A DNA stretch of 64,000 nucleotides, from positions 2,011-66,010 of the forward strand of contig CAKVHW010000001.1 of NCBI GenBank assembly GCA_934754495.1. Reading direction: 5' to 3'. The number at the start of each line of letters is the position of its first letter. The stretch's first letter is position 1. The translations under genes and the position numbers were made by a program. Below are positions 56,177 to 64,000 of this stretch, piece by piece. Source of the stretch: an uncultured Clostridia bacterium (GTDB lineage Bacteria; Bacillota; Clostridia; Christensenellales; UBA1242). The notes below the pieces were generated by a model. The model was not told the origin of the DNA. It worked only from the letters and a program-made list of their open reading frames with translations, and made no database searches.

Positions 56177-56289
56177 TTAGTTTTTTAAAAATAGGTGCTA
56201 CAACACAAGTGGTTGTTGTTACAAAATGGTTACAAATCAACAGCCCCACTTAATGAAATAATGCTAAAAAAGTATTGTGGCAAGAAAAT

Positions 56290-56320
56290 AAAAAAGACCC
56301 AAATTAACGGGTCTTTTTTT
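56290..56320. terminator. bidirectional intrinsic terminator
   Basis: A5-AGACCC-loop-GGGTCT-T7. Confidence 0.75.
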
Positions 56321-56378
56321 AAAAACAAAATAACATGATTATAATTCAATTATCAGAATTATTATTGTTTTATTATCA

Positions 56379-58172
56379 TTAAATATTAGATGTTAAAGCA
56401 ATCTTTTTACCAGTAATTTTAACACGTGGTTGGTTAGGTTTTGCCACACCAATTTGTGTGCCTTCTGCACTAAATGAATTAACAGAGCCAATCTCACCAG
56501 ATGTTTTACCTTCAATCAAAACAAGATATGATTGAATAGGAAGTTTTGCTTCAATTTTTCCGTTTTTAGTGCTTACATAATAAGGAATATTTTCGGCAAA
56601 CGATGTAGGAAGAAGTCCTGCACTTTCAGTTGATGCATAATCAATTGAATCAAATAATTTTTTAACAGTAAGTTTTACATTGGCATCGCCAGTGCAAACA
56701 ATTCTAATTGGATTGCCATTAGTTGTTGCGGTAATCTTACCGTCTTTAGATGTGATTTCAGAATAGAAGTATCTTGCACCTTCGCTACCCCTAACACCTT
56801 TAATTAATGGTAAATTAGAAGCATCATAACGAGTAATTGCATTTACTGTAATACTACCTTTTTTGCTGTAGAATATACCATCTTGGTAATATTCGCCAAC
56901 CTTAATGTCGCCGTATGTTGTATACACAATAAGTGAAGATGTTTCGGAATACTCTCTATCTTCGGCTGTGAAGCCTTTCATTGGGTAATATCCGCTTTCA
57001 CCAATTGTAACATCACCATTTTCGCTTGTGATAGATGCTTGATGAGTAAGGTGTTTAATATTAACACTGCCGTACTTATTGCCAAGACCAAGTTTTCCTA
57101 AAACTTCGTCAACTTCAACTACTGCACTTTCGGTGAAAATTGTGTTTTCATAAACCTTTGTTGTGCCAGATTGTGTATATTTGTAGCTGCCGTCTTCGTA
57201 TGTATTCTTAACACGGCTAGTTGAGTTTAAAGTGCCAATTTTTAGTGTGCCTGTTGTTGATTTATATAAAAATCCGCTTTCGCCACAAACAACTTCGTTT
57301 GCATCAAACTTAACATTTTTTCCAATAACTTCCATGCCCTTTTGTGCTTCAAGTTTTTTAAATTTGTAAGAAGCGTTTTGAGAGTTTAGTGAAAGTTTTC
57401 CTTTAGTAACAGTAACACTATCAAATTGAGTAAAGTCAAAAGTTCCGCCGTTTGTTGTGATATCTAGATTTTCAAAACTTCTATTTTTTTCAATTACATT
57501 TATGCTACTTCCAAAGTTTCCAATAATTGCACTACCCTTGTTGGTTTTGATTTTTAATGAATTAACATTAATTGGAAGTACTTCTTTAGTTATTGCATCA
57601 GTAAGAGCATTTTTTGTTTCTCTTTCACCTGCTCTAAATTCAATATCTTTATCTCCAGTAGTTATGTTTAGGTCGTATGATGCAGAATGAAAGAATGGAA
57701 GCCTAATGTACATGGTGTTAAGTTTTTTGTAAGATAGCCAACCTTCTTGTTCTATAAGTGTAATTTCAATGTTGTATACTTTGCGTCCTTCGCTATCAAC
57801 CGAACTATATGCTTTAATTGTTTGGTCTGGTGTAACAACCGCCGATTTTTTTTGTGTTTCTGGGTCAACAGTTGCTTTTAAAAAGCCCATGTAAGCACTA
57901 GATGTTGTTATTTCCAAATTAGCATCAGAATCAATAGGCAAAAGCACAACTCCATAGTTTTTGGTGTTAACCTTAATGCTAATTCTTTCCATATCACTAG
58001 GAATGGCATTTTTATAATGCACCTTATCTTCAAAAGACACATTTCTAAAATAGTAGCCAAACAAAGTAGAATTTTTAGACAAATACAAAAATCCCACACC
58101 AAGTGCAAATATAAACACTATTGACACCAAAACAAGTGCCGTATAAACAAGTATACCTTTTAAGGCTTTCAT
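56379..58172 (-). CDS. membrane-anchored beta-rich protein (possibly DUF4097/adhesin-like)
   Basis: 597 aa. N-terminal TM (ILVYTALVLVSIVFIFALGVGFLYL), then a long S/T/G/N-rich region of predicted beta-strand repeats. Family call is tentative. Confidence 0.5.
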   Translation of the reverse strand: MKALKGILVYTALVLVSIVFIFALGVGFLYLSKNSTLFGYYFRNVSFEDKVHYKNAIPSDMERISIKVNTKNYGVVLLPIDSDANLEITTSSAYMGFLKATVDPETQKKSAVVTPDQTIKAYSSVDSEGRKVYNIEITLIEQEGWLSYKKLNTMYIRLPFFHSASYDLNITTGDKDIEFRAGERETKNALTDAITKEVLPINVNSLKIKTNKGSAIIGNFGSSINVIEKNRSFENLDITTNGGTFDFTQFDSVTVTKGKLSLNSQNASYKFKKLEAQKGMEVIGKNVKFDANEVVCGESGFLYKSTTGTLKIGTLNSTSRVKNTYEDGSYKYTQSGTTKVYENTIFTESAVVEVDEVLGKLGLGNKYGSVNIKHLTHQASITSENGDVTIGESGYYPMKGFTAEDREYSETSSLIVYTTYGDIKVGEYYQDGIFYSKKGSITVNAITRYDASNLPLIKGVRGSEGARYFYSEITSKDGKITATTNGNPIRIVCTGDANVKLTVKKLFDSIDYASTESAGLLPTSFAENIPYYVSTKNGKIEAKLPIQSYLVLIEGKTSGEIGSVNSFSAEGTQIGVAKPNQPRVKITGKKIALTSNI

Positions 58173-58423
58173 AAAACACCGCCTAAATACATTATATTTA
58201 TTTTATTATATAATACAAAACCATAAAAATCAAACAAATTAGATATAATTGTGAGTAATGTAAAACTTATTAAAACACCATAGAAACTCTTTAGCATAAG
58301 TGTGTTTTTAGTTTTTTTACAACACAAAACAACAATATCATCACAAAAAAAAGTCAAACTTAGCATCAATTATTTGCTTTAAAAATAAAAATAATGTTAA
58401 ACTATAAAAAAATGGGGGAAAAT

Positions 58424-59098
58424 ATGAAAACCGCTAAAAAAACTCTTATGTATACATCACTTGTTGCTCTTGCAGTGTGCATTGTACTACTTATAGGTTC
58501 ACTGTTTGGCTTAAAGACCTTTGAAGGAGCACTACTAAAATTGCTAGAAACATTTGCAACAATTGCCGTTGCAGGATTCTTTGCCATAAATGCACTTACT
58601 ATGACAGAAAAAAACAAAATTATAGGTTTTGTATGTGCAGGACTTCTTGGCTTTTTAAGTTTACTTCTTATTATAATCTTCTGGACAAATATTCCTTGGG
58701 GAATTTTCCAACAACTTGTTTTTGTGCTAACAATTGCTACAGTTTTGTTTAATATTATTGTAAACCTAAACTTAAAACTAGACAAAAATTTACTAGTTTT
58801 GCAAATCATAACATACATATTAATTGGCATTATTGATGTTATTTTAACAATGGTTATCTTCGGAAGCAAAATACTTACCAACGATGCTATATTAAAAGTA
58901 TTTATTGCTGGTTGTATTATTGTTTTTGGGCTACTTTGTGCACTAGAAATTTTAAGCAAAAAGGTAGAAAAAACACCTATGCTAATTAAACAAGGTGAAC
59001 TAAACGATGTGGACTCGCTAAAAACACAAGTTAAGGCATTACAAGAAGAAAATGCTCGCCTTAGAGAACAACTAAGTAAATACGAAAATCAAAAATAA
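58424..59098 (+). CDS. multi-pass membrane protein with C-terminal coiled coil
   Basis: Start at MKTAKKTLMY (ATG 58424, GGGGGA RBS). About 6 hydrophobic helices. Ends ...LKTQVKALQEENARLREQLSKYENQK. Confidence 0.6.
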   Translation: MKTAKKTLMYTSLVALAVCIVLLIGSLFGLKTFEGALLKLLETFATIAVAGFFAINALTMTEKNKIIGFVCAGLLGFLSLLLIIIFWTNIPWGIFQQLVFVLTIATVLFNIIVNLNLKLDKNLLVLQIITYILIGIIDVILTMVIFGSKILTNDAILKVFIAGCIIVFGLLCALEILSKKVEKTPMLIKQGELNDVDSLKTQVKALQEENARLREQLSKYENQK

Positions 59099-59161
59099 TA
59101 ATTAATATTAACAATAAGCACACATAAAAATAAAAAACTAAAAATTAAAATTTTTATGAAT

Positions 59162-59220
59162 TAATTTTAAGTAAGTTTATTAGTAGTAATTTTAAGTAAG
59201 TTTATTAGTAGTAATTTTAA
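59162..59220. repeat. 25-bp tandem repeat, 2.4 copies
   Basis: taattttaagtaagtttattagtag at 59162-59186 and 59187-59211 (both perfect), then taattttaa at 59212-59220. Confidence 0.9.
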
Positions 59221-59253
59221 TTATGTTATGTAATTCTAGACCTTATTACAAAA

Positions 59254-59285
59254 TAAAAAAATGACCTAAAATAGGTCATTTTTTT
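59254..59285. terminator. bidirectional intrinsic terminator
   Basis: A7-ATGACCTA-aaa-TAGGTCAT-T7, directly abutting the alaS stop. Confidence 0.8.
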
Positions 59286-59286
59286 A

Positions 59287-61110
59287 TTATTCTAATACAG
59301 CCTTAATACGTCTTACACCAGCAGAAGAACTCTCTTCTTTTTTGATTTTAAATTTGCCAAGTTCGCCAGTGTTTTTAACATGTGGACCACCACAAATTTG
59401 GAAATCAACATCGCCAATTTTGTAGATGCTTACTATTTCGTTTGGCTCTGCTTTATGCACGCCATAAGCACCTTGTTTTAATGCTTCTTCAAATGGCATT
59501 TCAACACGTTCTACATCAATCTTTTTAGCGATTGCATCGTTTACAAAATCTTCAAGTTGTTTTATTTCGCTAGGGTCTAGTTTTCTATCAAAGTTAAAGT
59601 CAAAACGAAGTCTTTCGCTTGTAATATTACTACCCTTTTGTTCTACTCCTGTGCCAAACATATGTCTTAGTCCTGCTAGCATTAAGTGGCAAGCAGTGTG
59701 AAGTTTAATAGTGTCATCACTACCATCAGCAAGACCACCTTTAAATTGCCCAGCACTTGCAGTACGAGCAAGTTCTTGGTGTTCCTTAAATGCTTCGTCA
59801 AAACCAGCCTTATCTACTGAAAGACCATGTTCTTTAGCCATTTCGATAGTAAGTTCTACTGGAAAACCAAATGTATCAAATAGCCTAAATGCACTTTTAC
59901 CACTAATAATTGTTTCTGGCACATATTTAGGGTCTTTAGCACTCATAAATTCATTTTTTCTTAAAATGCCGTTTACAACTTTTTCAAATTCTTTAACACC
60001 AGCATTAACAGTGTTTAAAAATCTTTCTTCTTCCTTATTAAGTTCGGATATAATTTTGTTTTCGTTGGTTCTAAATTCTGGGTATGTGTCTTCAAAGAAT
60101 TCAATATAATGTTTGGCAAGAAGTGCAAGTTTGCCCTTTTCAATGCCAAGTTTCATTGCCTCACGAACAGCACGGCGAATTAGACGGCGTAGCACGTAGC
60201 CCGCTCCAACATTGCTAGGTGTAAGACCCTTTTCGTCACCCATAATAACTGTTGCGGTACGAATATGGTCGCACACAATTCTAAATGAACGAGTGTATTC
60301 ATCGCCATCGTCATTGTATTTTTTACCAGATAGTTGTTCTAATAATTTAATAGCATCTTCAAAAACATCGGTCACATAAATAGATTTTGCACCGTTTAAA
60401 ACTACGATACAACGTTCTAGCCCATAGCCACAGTCAACATTCTTTTGAGTTGCTGGCAAGTACCCAGTGTCGCTAACTTTATTGTATTGCATGTACACAT
60501 CGTTACCAAATTCCATATACTTTCCGCAATCGCATGATGGGTTGCATTCGTCTGAGCATTTTGGTTTGCCAGTATCTAGGAAAAATTCATTATCTGGTCC
60601 GCATGGTCCACGGTTTATTTCCCACCAGTTGTCTGGTATAAAGAAAATACGGTCTTTAGACACGCCAAGTGCTTCCCAATAACCTGCAGTTTCGGTATCC
60701 TTAGGTGCGTGTTCGTTTCCGCTAAAACATGTCACTGCAAATTGTTCTGGTTTTAATCCCAAATATTTAGGGCTTGTTATAAATTCGTGGCTCCAAGCGG
60801 TTTTTTCCTTTTTGAAATAATCGCCAATACTCCACGAACCCAACATTTCAAAGAATGTAAGGTGACTGCGGTCGCCCACTTCGTCAATATCGCCAGTACG
60901 AACACATTTTTGAACATCGCAAATTCTCTTGCCCATTGGGTGTGGTTGTCCCATTAGATATGGCACTAGCGGGTGCATACCTGCAGTTGTAAACAACACA
61001 CTTGGGTCGTTTTCAGGAATAACCGATGCACTTTTAATTTCAATATGACCTTTACTTTTGTAAAAGTCCATCCACATTTTTAATAAATCTTTTCTAGTAA
61101 GTCTTTTCAT
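59287..61110 (-). CDS. alaS: alanine--tRNA ligase, short form lacking the C-Ala domain
   Basis: 607 aa. The catalytic core (FTTAGMHPLVPY..., QKCVRTGDIDEVGD.SHLTFFEMLGSWSIGDYFK) and editing domain (HTACHLMLAGLRH, ICGGPHV) are present. The protein ends ...GVRRIKAVLE, where canonical enzymes continue into a coiled coil and C-Ala domain. Confidence 0.85.
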   Translation of the reverse strand: MKRLTRKDLLKMWMDFYKSKGHIEIKSASVIPENDPSVLFTTAGMHPLVPYLMGQPHPMGKRICDVQKCVRTGDIDEVGDRSHLTFFEMLGSWSIGDYFKKEKTAWSHEFITSPKYLGLKPEQFAVTCFSGNEHAPKDTETAGYWEALGVSKDRIFFIPDNWWEINRGPCGPDNEFFLDTGKPKCSDECNPSCDCGKYMEFGNDVYMQYNKVSDTGYLPATQKNVDCGYGLERCIVVLNGAKSIYVTDVFEDAIKLLEQLSGKKYNDDGDEYTRSFRIVCDHIRTATVIMGDEKGLTPSNVGAGYVLRRLIRRAVREAMKLGIEKGKLALLAKHYIEFFEDTYPEFRTNENKIISELNKEEERFLNTVNAGVKEFEKVVNGILRKNEFMSAKDPKYVPETIISGKSAFRLFDTFGFPVELTIEMAKEHGLSVDKAGFDEAFKEHQELARTASAGQFKGGLADGSDDTIKLHTACHLMLAGLRHMFGTGVEQKGSNITSERLRFDFNFDRKLDPSEIKQLEDFVNDAIAKKIDVERVEMPFEEALKQGAYGVHKAEPNEIVSIYKIGDVDFQICGGPHVKNTGELGKFKIKKEESSSAGVRRIKAVLE

Positions 61111-61341
61111 AAATCCACCTTTTATATGTGGTATTTTATCACCTTAAACCCCAAATTGCAAGTTATAACACTATATTTTAAAAATACAATATTTCATGTA
61201 CACCAAATTATCACCAACAAATAATGATTTATTTAATAGGATACATATTTAAATTTAATCCCTTCCCCGCACCTCGTCCTTTTACTCTACACATTTTTTA
61301 AGTACGACAGTGCTCCGAAATTCCACTTTAAATTTTCAACA

Positions 61342-62724
61342 TTAACTTAGCACTTTATGTTTTTGATACGGCCTAATGGCTTCACATTTACTAAATATGA
61401 AGTAGCCGGTAATTAGGGCTATTTGAATGCCTACAAACAAAATAAGTGCAAGACCTGTTTGAACTCCAACCGACTGATTTTCAACTTGCGGATTAAATTT
61501 TATAACATCTAACAACACTCCTACTATTAGTAATGTAAGGCTACTTGCAAGATTACTAGTAAAAGTAAGAACACCACTATACATAGCTGTTTTGTTTTTG
61601 CCAGTAAGTCTGTTTTGATGAGTAATTGCATCACTATACATACTTGTTGGGAGCGAGTAAAGTGCACCACTACCAATACCGCACACAAATATTGCAAACA
61701 TTATAAACAGAAAAGGTTTTTTAAGGGAAAATCTTAATAAAAATATGGTTATTATTAAAAACGAACCCACAACTGACACAAAAATTGCCGAAAGTAAGGC
61801 TTGTTTTTTATCTTTGGAAACACTCAATTTAAACCACAATGGTTGGCTAACTAGTGTACCACAAAGCAAAACCACAAGAAGCAAGGTAATATGGCTACTA
61901 CTTAGTACAAAACAATAAGTGAAAAAATGCATTCCAACACTAGTAAGAAAAACACCGCTTAACATACAAATTGAATAACCAATAATAAGTTTAGAAAGTT
62001 CCCTGCATTTTAGCGTGCCAACAAAATCTTTAAAAATCTGCGAAAACTTAAAAGTTTCGTTTTTCTTTAAAACCGATTTTTCTTTGGTGAAAATAATACA
62101 AACTAATCCGCTTATTACACAAATTATACTTGTGAAAACCGCCATATATCTATATCCTACTGGGTTAAGTTGTCCCACAGGGTATTCTGTGGTATTAGGC
62201 AAAAAGACATACAGTAGCACACTTGGAATAATCATTCCCAATAAGAAAAAACAAGTTTTGCTAATTTGAATAAGTGTGCGGTCGTGATAGTTTTTAGAAA
62301 TGTCTGTGCCAAGTGCCATATATGGTGTGGAATATAGTGTGTTAAAGGTTTCAATAAGAATTAATCCTACTAATATCCAAACAAATTTTAACCCAGCACT
62401 AAGTCCAACAGGCACAAACCAAATAAAAAGATTTAGCCCCACCATACCAAATGTGGCTACTAGCATATACCCCCTGCGATTGCCCATTTTTAGCAGTGGA
62501 TAACTATCACTTAAATACCCCACAATTGGGTCTGTAAAACCGTCCCAAAATGTACTAAGCGCTATGGCAATTCCCACCAATACACCGCTAAGTTTCAAAA
62601 CCGATGTACCAAAAAACATAAAAAAATTGGTCATTGTTTGGCTAATTACACTATAACCCAAATTACCAAGACCGTACACTATTTTGTTGTTTCCACCACC
62701 CCTTTTAGATGCCATTTCACTCAT
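61342..62724 (-). CDS. GPH-family (MFS_2) glycoside/cation symporter-like transporter
   Basis: 460 aa, 12 TM. N-terminal signature ...FWDGFTDPIVGYLSDS... is typical of the glycoside-pentoside-hexuronide family. Confidence 0.7.
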   Translation of the reverse strand: MSEMASKRGGGNNKIVYGLGNLGYSVISQTMTNFFMFFGTSVLKLSGVLVGIAIALSTFWDGFTDPIVGYLSDSYPLLKMGNRRGYMLVATFGMVGLNLFIWFVPVGLSAGLKFVWILVGLILIETFNTLYSTPYMALGTDISKNYHDRTLIQISKTCFFLLGMIIPSVLLYVFLPNTTEYPVGQLNPVGYRYMAVFTSIICVISGLVCIIFTKEKSVLKKNETFKFSQIFKDFVGTLKCRELSKLIIGYSICMLSGVFLTSVGMHFFTYCFVLSSSHITLLLVVLLCGTLVSQPLWFKLSVSKDKKQALLSAIFVSVVGSFLIITIFLLRFSLKKPFLFIMFAIFVCGIGSGALYSLPTSMYSDAITHQNRLTGKNKTAMYSGVLTFTSNLASSLTLLIVGVLLDVIKFNPQVENQSVGVQTGLALILFVGIQIALITGYFIFSKCEAIRPYQKHKVLS

Positions 62725-62810
62725 ACAATATTCTCCACATTTAGTATGTGTAAAATACTAATAATGATGTACTTTTATATTTGATATTTTAAAGGCTTAT
62801 ATGGTTTACT

Positions 62811-62845
62811 AAAAAAGACCGCTTTAATAAGTGGTCTTTTTTTTT
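62811..62845. terminator. intrinsic terminator after the GT2 gene
   Basis: A6-AGACCGCTT-loop-AAGTGGTCT-T9. Confidence 0.75.
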
Positions 62846-62853
62846 ATACAATA

Positions 62854-64000
62854 TTATGCAATGTCTGATTTATCTTTTTTATGTTTGATGTTTTCTTTTA
62901 GTTTTTCCATCAACTCTGATTTTTGTTCCAAAACTTCTTCTTTTGATTGTTCAGTATTCAAAATTTCTTCTTCTGAAACTTCCAACATTTCAATGTCATC
63001 TATATTAGAATTTTCTTTAATTGTTTCACCAACTTTATTTTCGTTAGCATGGTCAACATTAACTGGATATTCTTCGTTTAAAAGTGGAAGAATTGCAATT
63101 TCGTCATCATGCGAAACTTGTGGTTGTTGTGTTTCAATCGTATTAGGCATTACTTCAGATTGAGTTAAAGTTGTTTCGTTTACTGCGGTTGTGTCGCTAG
63201 CAACTACATTTGCATTATCTGTGTTAGTTTTGCTTGGGTCCTTATATTCTTCGTTCATTTCGTCAATAGTTTTTGCAATGTTGTGATCAATTTGCTTCCA
63301 TTCAATTTTTCTTGATACTGCAACAACAAATAGTGGGAAGTTGATAAGGTCAAACCAAGCCCATGTAAACAAGTATTTCACAATGTGTTTTGGCTTACAA
63401 ACAATATGTTTACGTTCTCTAATATATAGCAAAATACCAAATGCAAGTAGCGAGAAATAAAATCCGCCAGCCCAGGTAAGAATTGACATAAATTGTCTAC
63501 CAGCCACAAACAAATCTGGGCGGAACACCCCTACCACACCTGTAATTATTGGCCAAAACAAACCTACAAATAAACCAAAAGGATAATATGGGAAAAAGTG
63601 AAAAAACAAGTCGTACGCAGTCACACGTTGTTGAAAAGTTCTGCCTTTCCCAAACATTGTTTTTATTAGCCCACCCATGTGAGCGAAAAACGAAACAAGT
63701 ATACCTTTAGTCCATCTAAGACGTTGTGTCCATGCGGTTTTCATATTGGTAGGTTGTTCGTCATAAAACTCTGCATCTTCACAATAAGCAATTTTTACAC
63801 CGTCTATTGCCATCTGCAAGCTAAACTCGTTGTCTTCGGTTAGCCCCAAAAAGTGCCAGCCGTCGTTTTTAACAAGTATAGAGTTGTGCATTGCAAAACC
63901 AGTACCAGCAACGCTTGTACCAAGCCCCATTAGACTACGTGGTCTATTAGAAAACATGCTTTGTCTATAAAAGTGAAAACCATATGCCGCACTAATGCTG
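62854..64000 (-). CDS. processive family-2 glycosyltransferase, N-terminus beyond window edge, with long acidic low-complexity tail
   Basis: The frame stays open upstream of the ORF-track Met (63957) to position 64000. It contains GTGFAM, LTEDNEFS and the QRLRWTKG (QxxRW) motif, then 4-5 TM helices and about 150 aa of a D/E/N/T-rich tail. Confidence 0.75.
   Translation of the reverse strand, partial: SISAAYGFHFYRQSMFSNRPRSLMGLGTSVAGTGFAMHNSILVKNDGWHFLGLTEDNEFSLQMAIDGVKIAYCEDAEFYDEQPTNMKTAWTQRLRWTKGILVSFFAHMGGLIKTMFGKGRTFQQRVTAYDLFFHFFPYYPFGLFVGLFWPIITGVVGVFRPDLFVAGRQFMSILTWAGGFYFSLLAFGILLYIRERKHIVCKPKHIVKYLFTWAWFDLINFPLFVVAVSRKIEWKQIDHNIAKTIDEMNEEYKDPSKTNTDNANVVASDTTAVNETTLTQSEVMPNTIETQQPQVSHDDEIAILPLLNEEYPVNVDHANENKVGETIKENSNIDDIEMLEVSEEEILNTEQSKEEVLEQKSELMEKLKENIKHKKDKSDIA

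Noticed and set aside
58169-58369. 66-aa ORF (MMLSLTFFCDDIVV...) whose stop overlaps the start of the 56379..58172 gene.
   Set aside because: It lies in the AT-rich divergent promoter spacer. It has a TTG/ATG start with no SD, and its composition is typical of AT-rich non-coding DNA. A small membrane protein cannot be fully excluded.
58402-58959. 185-aa minus-strand ORF antisense to the 58424..59098 membrane-protein gene. Similar long antisense ORFs include 30976..31437, 34807..35205, 36901..37317, 37963..38349, 54812..55198, 59711..60109, 27622..27987 and 19166..19519.
   Set aside because: None has an RBS. They are low-complexity S/T/F/L/I-rich translations typical of the reverse frame of genuine genes. 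The sense-strand genes have clear homology or motifs, RBSs and terminators.
59162-59220. The tandem repeat could be a CRISPR array or minisatellite-encoded peptide.
   Set aside because: The copies are directly adjacent with no spacers. There are only 2.4 copies, no cas genes, and stop codons in all frames.
61111-61341. T-box riboswitch or SD-sequestering switch upstream of alaS. AAGGTGA is duplicated near the SD AAGGTGGA, with TACCAC between them.
   Set aside because: There is no T-box consensus (AGGGTGGTACCGCG-like), no convincing stem I/specifier, and the possible anti-SD pairings are only 4 bp. A good promoter (TTGTAT-16-TGtTATAAC) lies only about 50 nt from the ATG, which leaves too little room for a T-box. 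Rfam RF00230 cmscan would confirm.

Overview
This is a 64-kb chromosomal window from a low-GC Bacillota-type genome (roughly one-third G+C by eye, not computed). It carries endospore and division genes (spoIIE, yabP, yabQ, divIC-like, spoVG, whiA). I call 56 protein-coding genes, two of them cut by the window edges. I also call one candidate 18-codon leader ORF, three tRNAs (initiator-type Met, elongator Met, Glu), several near-consensus sigma-A-type promoters and many intrinsic terminators. The genetic code looks standard: TGA is used as a stop and Trp is TGG. Most genes are on the minus strand and are housekeeping: uvrC, murB, murC, prfA, prmC, rpmE, tmk, aspS, asnS, serS, alaS, tilS, cca, dnaI and a DnaD/DnaB-type initiator, radC, cls, and three DegV paralogues. 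I see no rRNA, CRISPR array, transposase, integrase, prophage or recognisable defence genes, so this is largely core genome. All family calls rest on motif recognition by eye, with no HMM or BLAST. The best candidates for something undescribed are as follows. (1) A promoter, an 18-codon ORF, an antiterminator/terminator pair and then the aspS-asnS operon; 7 of 8 consecutive codons in the ORF are Asn or Asp, which looks like a ribosome-mediated attenuator where a T-box would be expected. (2) A one-orientation cluster of perfect DnaA boxes far from any dnaA gene or strand switch. (3) A diadenylate-cyclase-like protein with altered catalytic motifs (DGI and RRR), immediately upstream of a cardiolipin-synthase homologue whose second HKD histidine is Arg. 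(4) A stand-alone Leu-rich, Cys-tailed 65-aa peptide gene. (5) A 607-aa AlaRS that ends at the editing domain and has no C-Ala domain.
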